A stretch of DNA of 24,000 bases from Thiobacillaceae bacterium. GTDB lineage: Bacteria; Pseudomonadota; Gammaproteobacteria; Burkholderiales; Thiobacillaceae. The stretch is from the NCBI GenBank assembly GCA_035635075.1, contig DASQBT010000130.1, positions 20,873-44,872 of the forward strand. The letters run 5' to 3'. Under the pieces are notes generated by a model, which saw nothing but the letters and a program-made list of their open reading frames with translations, did not search any database and was not told the origin of the DNA. A program made the translations under genes and the position numbers. This document shows positions 17,577 to 24,000 of this stretch, in pieces; within the stretch, counting starts at the first letter, position 1, and each line of letters begins with the position of its first letter.

Positions 17577-17969
17577 TTCCTCGGCCTTGCACTCAGGACC
17601 AAGTCGAGAAACGCCAGGGTAGAACCTGAGTCCGGGCCGAAAGTGATGGATGCAAATGCCCGCGCTCCTTCAAGCATACGTGTTTCCTGAGCAGGCCATC
17701 GCTGCAGCACTTTCCTTGACCATTCCGGCTTGTCCCCAATAGAATAGCTGCCATCGGGGTGCCAACCCCCGGTTCAAAAAAAGACGGTGTCTCGTCCAAG
17801 TTTGGCATCAGGGCGCTGCAAGATAACTCGGCAGCCTCTACTCCGTTCATTGAGCTCGGGATCCCTATGCGTATGCGTTGCAGTTCCTGTGCGCCCTGAG
17901 CTGCGTAGCAAGCTCGCCTTGCGCGTTTCATCACCCTGTTTAGCTGTCTGATCAAACTTGGAGATAAAC

Positions 17970-19349
17970 TTGGACACCGCAATTCAAACGCCGACCGCGC
18001 TTGTCGCTCTGGACCGCACACCAGCAACACCCCCCGCCCCCGTTTCTTTGGGTACTGCTTTCAAATACTGGCTCAAGCTCGGCTTTATCAGCTTCGGCGG
18101 GCCAGCCGGGCAAATCGCCATAATGCATCAGGAACTGGTGGAGAAACGCCGCTGGATTTCCGAGCACCGTTATCTGCATGCGCTCAACTACTGCATGCTA
18201 TTGCCAGGGCCCGAGGCAACCCAACTGGCTATCTACATCGCATGGCTGATGCATGGGGTGCGCGGTGGCATCATCGCCGGCGTACTGTTTTTTCTGCCGT
18301 CGTTCTTCCTATTGTCGCTCCTGGCCGGGGTGTATCTCACTTTTGGCGATGTTTCCGCAGTGCAGGGAATTTTTTATGGCATTAGGCCCGCGGTAGTGGC
18401 CATCGTGCTGTTCGCAGCCTGGCGCATCGGTAGCCGGGCGCTAAGGAACAAAGTGCTGTGGGGCATCGCGGCCCTGGCTTTCGTCGGCATTTTTTGGTTC
18501 CACATCGGCTTTCCCTGGATCGTGCTTTCGGCCGGGATTTTGGGTGCCATCGGCGGTAAACTGGCGCCGCAAAAATTCAAGGGCGCTGGCGGACATGGCG
18601 CCAGCAACAAGGCATACGGCCCGGCCATACTCGACGACCATACACCTACACCCACGCACGCCCGATTCACCTGGGCCAGGCTGGCCGTTGCCATCGTCGC
18701 GTTTGTCCTGATCTGGACAGCGAGCATTCTCGCCATCGGCGGTGAGCCAACACTTGCCAGCATGGGCGCATTCTTTACCCGTGCTGCGTTTCTCACCATT
18801 GGCGGCGCCTATGCCGTGCTGCCCTATGTCTATCAGGGTGGGGTGGAGCATTTTGGCTGGCTGACCGGTCCCCAGATGATGGATGGCCTGGCACTGGGGG
18901 AGACCACGCCGGGACCGCTCATCATGGTAGTAACGTGGATCGGCTATCTCGGCGGGGTGACCAAGGAGGTTTACGCCAATCCCGTCGCCGCGGGCTTGGC
19001 GGGAGCGGCAGTGGCGACGTTCTTCACCTTCCTGCCCTCATTTCTGTTCATTCTGGCGGGCGGGCCGCTCGTCGAAGCGAGCCGCGGCGAATTGAAGGTA
19101 ACCGCGCCGCTTACCGGCATTACTGCCGCCGTGGTCGGGGTAATCTTCAACCTCGCGGTGTTCTTCGCCTGGCATGCATTCTGGCCACATGCTGGTGCTG
19201 ACTCCCCCTTTGCGGGTGTATTCGAGTGGTTCCCGGTCATCATCGCCCTGGCCAGCTTCCTCGCCCTGTGGAGGTACAAAGCCGACATCATGAAAGTGAT
19301 CGGCGTTTGCGCCCTGCTGGGACTGGCGCACTCTTTGGTTAGTGGTTGA
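17970..19349 (+). CDS. chrA: Chromate transporter ChrA, two-domain CHR family efflux protein
   Basis: Repeated CHR domains: 'FGGPAGQIAIMHQELVEKRRWISEHRYLHALNYCMLLPGPEATQLAIYIAWLMHG' and 'TIGGAYAVLPYVYQGGVEHFGWLTGPQMMDGLALGETTPGPLIMVVTWIGYLGG'. TTG at 17970 has GGAG 6 nt upstream; the track start is 17958. Confidence 0.93.
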   Translation: MDTAIQTPTALVALDRTPATPPAPVSLGTAFKYWLKLGFISFGGPAGQIAIMHQELVEKRRWISEHRYLHALNYCMLLPGPEATQLAIYIAWLMHGVRGGIIAGVLFFLPSFFLLSLLAGVYLTFGDVSAVQGIFYGIRPAVVAIVLFAAWRIGSRALRNKVLWGIAALAFVGIFWFHIGFPWIVLSAGILGAIGGKLAPQKFKGAGGHGASNKAYGPAILDDHTPTPTHARFTWARLAVAIVAFVLIWTASILAIGGEPTLASMGAFFTRAAFLTIGGAYAVLPYVYQGGVEHFGWLTGPQMMDGLALGETTPGPLIMVVTWIGYLGGVTKEVYANPVAAGLAGAAVATFFTFLPSFLFILAGGPLVEASRGELKVTAPLTGITAAVVGVIFNLAVFFAWHAFWPHAGADSPFAGVFEWFPVIIALASFLALWRYKADIMKVIGVCALLGLAHSLVSG

Positions 19350-19582
19350 GCCAAGAGTATGCCGTTGAGTACTTTGAAGAGTCTGAGATGGAACGTACCG
19401 TCAAATCGGTAAAGCCGAACCTGAGCAACGCACCCATCCTTGTAGTGCGGCGTGAAGTGGACCATGCGGCGTCCACCATTCCCGGAAGCTCGTGGGAGAA
19501 CCCGGAGAAGATCGGCGAATGGATTACTGAAAGGGTGATCGAAGCCTGGAAGGCGGCCGGTGGAAGGCTGGCGGCAAGATGA
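19346..19582 (+). CDS. Small hypothetical protein in the chromate cluster; possible truncated rhodanese-like domain
   Basis: 78 aa; TTGA overlap with the chrA stop and ATGA overlap with the chrB-like start. Contains 'NAPILVVRREVDHAASTIPGSSWENPEKIGEWI', faintly like a rhodanese N-terminal half. Alternative ATG start at 19388. Confidence 0.65.
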   Translation: MSQEYAVEYFEESEMERTVKSVKPNLSNAPILVVRREVDHAASTIPGSSWENPEKIGEWITERVIEAWKAAGGRLAAR

Positions 19583-20007
19583 AGTGGGTGACCCGCGAGC
19601 GCCCAAAGATTGACCGCATCGCCTGCCCCTGGCTGGTTGCGCGCTTCATTGATCCCCATGCCGAGTTTCTCTACGTGCCCGCGCCCGAGGTGCTGAAAGT
19701 GGCAAGGGAAACCGGCGCGATCCCCTATGATGTTGCCGGCGTCGAATTAACGCACGACGGCGCGTTGTGCAGCTTTGACGCATTTCTGAAGAAGTACCAA
19801 CTGAACGATCAGGCTTTGCTGGACCTTGCGGTCATCGTACGGGGTGCGGATACCGACCGTCTTGATCTTGCGCCACAATGCGCGGGCCTTTTGGCAATTT
19901 CTCTTGGACTCTCGCGCCAGTTCCGGAGTGACCACGAGTGCCTTGCCCATGGGATGGTGATCTATGATGCCCTCTATGCATGGTGCCGCCATGCAGGGGG
20001 AGAATGA
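19579..20007 (+). CDS. Chromate resistance protein, stand-alone ChrB C-terminal domain
   Basis: 142 aa: 'MKWVTRERPKIDRIACPWLVARFIDPHAEFLYVPAPEVLKVARETGAIPYDVAGVELTHDGALCSFDAFLKKYQLNDQALLDLAVIVRGADTD...HGMVIYDALYAW' matches the ChrB C-terminal domain pattern. Confidence 0.9.
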   Translation: MKWVTRERPKIDRIACPWLVARFIDPHAEFLYVPAPEVLKVARETGAIPYDVAGVELTHDGALCSFDAFLKKYQLNDQALLDLAVIVRGADTDRLDLAPQCAGLLAISLGLSRQFRSDHECLAHGMVIYDALYAWCRHAGGE

Positions 20008-20052
20008 CACGGCTGGATGCGCTGACTGGAGTTTGAAGGGAAGCAGTTGGCT

Positions 20053-20078
20053 GGGACGTGTCGTCCCCTTGTGGGACG
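20053..20078. promoter_or_regulatory. Three-segment repeat GGGACG / CGTCCC / GGGACG able to form two mutually exclusive hairpins
   Basis: gggacg(20053-20058) tgt cgtccc(20062-20067) cttgt gggacg(20073-20078) in the gap between the chrB-like and MFS genes. Confidence 0.35.
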
Positions 20079-20144
20079 TCTCGGCCCGCGTTATTGGCCA
20101 CGCATTGCCGCCACCCACACTGACATGCAGCCGACGGCAGGGCC

Positions 20145-21383
20145 ATGAACGATCGTAGCCGCCTTATTGCCGCCGCGTTTGTGCGGGCCGTGGCCACCGG
20201 CCTCATTGGCGTGCTGTTGGGGTTGCATTTGGCCCGGCGCGGCTTGACCGTCGGCGACGTCGGGCTGGTGATCGCTGCGGGCCTGGCCGGTGCAGCCGGG
20301 GCGGCGCTGATCGCTACTCTGGCAGGCGACCGTATCGGCCGACGCCGACTGCTCACCATTCTGGCACTGGCCTGCGCCGCTGGCGGTGCGGCACTGGCCT
20401 TCGCCGAAAGCCTGCTAGTGCTGTTGGGGATTGCCTTTCTGGGCATGGTTAATGGCCAAGGGCGGGACCGGGGCGCCTCGCTGGTCCTCGAACAGGCGGC
20501 ATTGCCAGCAACGGTGAGCGACGCCGATCGCACCCGGACGTTCGCTTGGTACAACGTGATGCAGGACGTGGGCCACGGCCTGGGCGGTCTATTGGCACTG
20601 CTTCCGGAACTGCTGCGCAGCTTGACGGGGCTGGATGTCGGGGCATCCCTGCAGGCCGCCGTGCTGCTCTATGGTGCGCTGCAGTTCTTCTCTGTCCTGT
20701 TCTACCAGGGGTTGTCGGCGCGGGTGGAGTCCCCCACGGAAACGGAACACGTTTCGCTGGCGCCGGATAGCCGGCGCACACTGTGGCGCATCTCCCTTCT
20801 GTTTGGGCTGGACAGCCTCGCCGGCGGCTTTCTTGGTGCGGCGCTGCTCGCCCTATTTTTTTACCAGCGCTTCGGCGTTGCGGAATCGACCTTGGCTTTG
20901 CTGTTCGTTGGCGCCCGCATTCTCAATGCAATTTCGCATTTGGGCGCGGCGTTGCTGGCCAAGCGCATCGGGTTGGTGAACACCATGGTGTTCACCCATA
21001 TCCCGTCGAGCTTGCTGCTGGCGACCGTGGCCTTCGCACCGAGTTTTCCGGTTGCCGCTATCCTGTTCCTGCTGCGCGAGGGGTTGGTTGAGATGGACGT
21101 GCCCACGCGCCAGTCGTACGTGATGGCAATGGTGCGTCCGCAAGAGCGCGTGTTTGCGTCAGGAGTGACGCATCTGGTACGCCTCGGGGGCTGGGCGGCT
21201 GGACCCGCCTTTGCCGGCCTGCTGATGCAACTGGTAGCCGTCGGCTCGCCCCTGGTTGCCGGAGCGGCCATGAAGATCATCTATGATTTGCTGCTGTGGC
21301 GCGCCTTTCGTCACATCCGCCCGCCCGAGGAGCGAGGCGCTCCCCGTGTTTCCGCCGTTGCACCAAGGGACACACAACCGTAA
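20145..21383 (+). CDS. MFS transporter associated with the chromate-resistance cluster
   Basis: 412 aa with 'GLIGVLLGLHLARRGLTVGDVGLVIAAGLAGAAGAALIATLAGDRIGRRRLLTILALACA' and the internal MFS-type repeat; about 12 predicted TM segments. Confidence 0.85.
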   Translation: MNDRSRLIAAAFVRAVATGLIGVLLGLHLARRGLTVGDVGLVIAAGLAGAAGAALIATLAGDRIGRRRLLTILALACAAGGAALAFAESLLVLLGIAFLGMVNGQGRDRGASLVLEQAALPATVSDADRTRTFAWYNVMQDVGHGLGGLLALLPELLRSLTGLDVGASLQAAVLLYGALQFFSVLFYQGLSARVESPTETEHVSLAPDSRRTLWRISLLFGLDSLAGGFLGAALLALFFYQRFGVAESTLALLFVGARILNAISHLGAALLAKRIGLVNTMVFTHIPSSLLLATVAFAPSFPVAAILFLLREGLVEMDVPTRQSYVMAMVRPQERVFASGVTHLVRLGGWAAGPAFAGLLMQLVAVGSPLVAGAAMKIIYDLLLWRAFRHIRPPEERGAPRVSAVAPRDTQP

Positions 21384-21638
21384 GTCTGGCTGTGCGCGAA
21401 CACACCGTGACGTCCGCATCGCCCGTCCCGGGCGGATTCGCGACCACTGCGCTCCCCGTGCTGCGCCATGATTTGCGGGCGACTGGTGGGCGGCTGGCAA
21501 TGTTGTTTTGACTGGCGCACAATTTAGCGACGCGACCGTGCGCTGCCCACGCAACGGATGGTCAAGTAGCCCTGCGTGCCTGGACGAACTATTCGCAGAG
21601 CGAAACCCGCCACCCAAGGTGTGACGAAAGGAAGCCCG

Positions 21639-21926
21639 ATGAAATACTTGATCGTTCTCATGACCCTGTGCGTGAGCGTATCTGCCTACGCTTTTCCCTG
21701 GTTCGCCTCCGGCGACGGTATCCGCGGCGCCCAACTGATGACCCCGGAGGAACGTCAGGCGCATGTTGCCCGGCTGCAGAACATGAGAACCCTTCCCGAA
21801 TGCGAGTCCTATTGGGCCGCACATAATCACGACATCGACGCGCGAGCGAAGAAACAGAATGTGCAACTGCCGCCGGTACAAGGTGATCCCTGCCAGATCA
21901 TGGTTATGTTTGGGCGCATCAAGTAG
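21639..21926 (+). CDS. Small secreted or periplasmic hypothetical protein, 95 aa, two conserved-looking Cys
   Basis: ATG at 21639 preceded by AAAGGAAG; signal peptide MKYLIVLMTLCVSVSAYAFPW, then 'LMTPEERQAHVARLQNMRTLPECESYWAAHNHDIDARAKKQNVQLPPVQGDPC'. Confidence 0.75.
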   Translation: MKYLIVLMTLCVSVSAYAFPWFASGDGIRGAQLMTPEERQAHVARLQNMRTLPECESYWAAHNHDIDARAKKQNVQLPPVQGDPCQIMVMFGRIK

Positions 21927-21930
21927 TTTG

Positions 21931-22308
21931 TCAAAAGCCGAGATGCGACCCTTTCAGGGCGGGATCAGTTGCCGCGGAACATGAAATACGCTGCCCCCAC
22001 CAGGCATAGCCCGCCCATAGATAATCCCACTTCAGCGACTGATTCATGTAATACACCGCAAAGGGCATGAACACGCCCAGGGTGATCACTTCCTGCATCA
22101 CCTTGAGCTGGGGCAAGGAAAGCACCTTGAATCCAAATCGGTTGGCCGGCACCTGAAGGGCATATTCAAAAAAAGCGATGCCCCAGCTTACAAAAATGGC
22201 CAGCCACAAGGGCTTGCTGCCGAGGTTCTTCAGATGCGCATACCAGGCAAACGTCATGAAGATATTGGAGGCGGTCAGCAGCAGGATGGTTTGCAGGGTG
22301 ACGGGCAT
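21931..22308 (-). CDS. DUF486 family small membrane protein, apparently frameshifted near its 3' end
   Basis: 'MPVTLQTILLLTASNIFMTFAWYAHLKNLGSKPLWLAIFVSWGIAFFEYALQVPANRFGFKVLSLPQLKVMQEVITLGVFMPFAVYYMNQSLKWDYLWAG' matches DUF486; the following residues do not. The expected C-terminus lies in another frame, with a stop at 21965-21967. Confidence 0.85.
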   Translation of the reverse strand: MPVTLQTILLLTASNIFMTFAWYAHLKNLGSKPLWLAIFVSWGIAFFEYALQVPANRFGFKVLSLPQLKVMQEVITLGVFMPFAVYYMNQSLKWDYLWAGYAWWGQRISCSAATDPALKGSHLGF

Positions 22309-22370
22309 GATAGTTTCGACGGTGAGGGGACAAGGTAAAATTATGCCTTTCGTGTCCTCAAGGTGCAGAC

Positions 22371-22865
22371 ATGATCCGGCCACTTGTCGGCGTTGTTATG
22401 GGTTCATCCAGCGACTGGGAAGTCATGCAACATGCGGTTGCCCAGCTCAAGTCCTTCGGCGTACCCTATGAAGCGCAAGTGGTGTCGGCTCACCGCACCC
22501 CCGACCTTCTCTATGAATACGCCAGCCAGGCAGAAGCCCGCGGCCTGAAGGCGATAATTGCCGGAGCGGGCGGAGCGGCGCACCTGCCAGGCATGCTGGC
22601 GGCCAAGACGGCACTGCCGGTGCTGGGCGTGCCGGTGCCTACCAAATACCTCAAGGGACAGGACTCGCTGTTATCCATCGTGCAAATGCCCAAGGGCATA
22701 CCGGTAGCCACCTTTGCCATCGGCGAGGCAGGCGCTGCCAACGCCGCGCTGTTTGTGATCGCCATGTTGGCCTCACATGATGGGGGTTTGGCCGAACAGT
22801 TGCGGGAGTTTCGCCAGGGCCAGACCGATTTCGCGCTCAACATGATCCTGCCGGATGTCGAGTAA
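22371..22865 (+). CDS. purE: 5-(carboxyamino)imidazole ribonucleotide mutase
   Basis: '[124 protein letters not shown]'. Confidence 0.98.
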   Translation: MIRPLVGVVMGSSSDWEVMQHAVAQLKSFGVPYEAQVVSAHRTPDLLYEYASQAEARGLKAIIAGAGGAAHLPGMLAAKTALPVLGVPVPTKYLKGQDSLLSIVQMPKGIPVATFAIGEAGAANAALFVIAMLASHDGGLAEQLREFRQGQTDFALNMILPDVE

Positions 22866-24000
22866 GCCCATACTGCCCGGCGCCATGCTGGGCATCCTGG
22901 GCGGCGGCCAGCTGGGTCGCATGTTTACCATCGCCGCCCGCACCATGGGTTACCAGGTGATGGTCCTCGACCCCGATTCGCAGAGCCCTGCCGGGAAGAT
23001 GGCCGACACGCATTTGCAGGCTGACTACGACGATCACGGTGCGTTGAAGAATATGGGTGCGGCCTGCGCTGCGGTCACGACCGAATTCGAGAACGTGCCC
23101 GCTTCAAGCCTGATTGAGCTTTCACGCTATTGCCGCGTGGCGCCCAATGCAGATGCGGTCGCCATCGTGCAGGACCGCAGCCGGGAAAAGTCCTGGCTCA
23201 GGGACAACGGTTTCGTCACCGCGCCCTTTGCCTTGATTGACGGTGCCGACGAACTGAAGGACGCGGCGGCGGAGATTGGATTCCCAGCCATCCTCAAGGT
23301 GAGCCGTTTTGGCTACGACGGAAAGGGCCAGTTCCAGGTGGGCTCAATCGCAGAACTAAAAACCGCCTTTGCGGAATTGAAGGGTGTGGTCTGCGTGCTC
23401 GAAGGCCTGGTCAGACTCGACTGCGAAATATCTGTGGTGCTGGCCCGCAATGATGCCGGCGAGTGCGTCTGTTTCCCCGTTGGCGAGAACCGCCACCAGC
23501 ATGGCATACTGGATATGACCACTGTGCCGGCCCGCGTAAATGCGGAATTGAGTTCCCAGGCGCAGGATCAGGCACGGGCAGTGGCGGAAAAACTCGACTA
23601 TGTCGGTACCCTCGGAGTGGAGTTTTTTGTCTCAAACGGCGGGCTGCTGATCAACGAAATCGCCCCGCGCCCCCACAATTCCGGTCATTACACCCTGGAT
23701 GCCTGCGTCACGGACCAGTTCGAACAACAAGTGCGGGCACTGTGCGGGCTGCCGCTGGGCGATGCGAGGCTGCTGACCCCGGTGGTGATGGTGAATCTGC
23801 TCGGCGATGTCTGGCGCCCCGAGCCCGACTGGATGGCATTGCTCGTTCACCCGAACATCAGGCTGCATCTCTATGGCAAGACCGAGGCCCGCCCCGGCCG
23901 CAAAATGGGTCATTACAACTGCCTGGCCGCCAGTGTCGAAGAGGCCGAAAGCTTGGCGCGCGCCACCCGCGCAAGTCTTGGTATTTCGCCGCAATCCTGA
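22855..24000 (+). CDS. purK: 5-(carboxyamino)imidazole ribonucleotide synthase; stop codon is the last base triplet of the window
   Basis: '[49 protein letters not shown]', '[17 protein letters not shown]', '[36 protein letters not shown]'. Overlaps purE by 11 bp. Confidence 0.97.
   Translation: MSSKPILPGAMLGILGGGQLGRMFTIAARTMGYQVMVLDPDSQSPAGKMADTHLQADYDDHGALKNMGAACAAVTTEFENVPASSLIELSRYCRVAPNADAVAIVQDRSREKSWLRDNGFVTAPFALIDGADELKDAAAEIGFPAILKVSRFGYDGKGQFQVGSIAELKTAFAELKGVVCVLEGLVRLDCEISVVLARNDAGECVCFPVGENRHQHGILDMTTVPARVNAELSSQAQDQARAVAEKLDYVGTLGVEFFVSNGGLLINEIAPRPHNSGHYTLDACVTDQFEQQVRALCGLPLGDARLLTPVVMVNLLGDVWRPEPDWMALLVHPNIRLHLYGKTEARPGRKMGHYNCLAASVEEAESLARATRASLGISPQS

Noticed and set aside
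17593-18030. 145-aa minus-strand ORF between cbbR and chrA
   Set aside because: Overlaps the chrA 5' end, no recognised domain and Cys/Arg-rich composition; not called as a gene, though the region is noted in the findings.
19832-20554. 240-aa minus-strand ORF over the chrB-like/MFS region
   Set aside because: Ala/Ser/Arg/Pro-rich shadow ORF, antisense to two well-supported genes.
1-24000. CRISPR arrays, transposases, phage genes, toxin-antitoxin pairs, tRNA or rRNA genes
   Set aside because: Looked for but no regularly spaced repeats, terminal-repeat-bounded elements, recognised mobile proteins or convincing structural RNA genes were seen by eye.

Overview
The window is a compact, GC-rich chromosomal segment, probably from a chemolithoautotrophic betaproteobacterium (inferred from gene content). 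On the minus strand from the left edge: a partial fatty acid desaturase, an MscS-family channel, a FadL/OmpP1 porin, a long-chain acyl-CoA synthetase and an RsmB/NOP rRNA methyltransferase. Then come small hypothetical genes, psiE-like and gcvR/ACT genes, and terC and htpX-like genes with a divergent NhaR-type LysR gene. The centre is a form I RuBisCO operon (cbbL-cbbS-cbbQ-cbbO, minus strand) with divergent cbbR. It is followed by a chromate-resistance cluster (chrA, a small coupled ORF, a stand-alone ChrB C-terminal domain, an MFS transporter), a small secreted protein, a DUF486 gene with an apparent frameshift, and purE-purK. No rRNA, tRNA, CRISPR array, transposase or phage gene was recognised. 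I see no clear new defence or mobile system. The observations most worth checking are: two strong RNA-structure candidates in the cbbS-cbbQ and cbbQ-cbbO spacers; a pair of related small proteins with a WDxYGxLP...GWNPxLG signature, one apparently decayed; a miniature ORF coupled between chrA and a truncated ChrB; the DUF486 frameshift; and a T-N11-A dyad operator candidate at nhaR.
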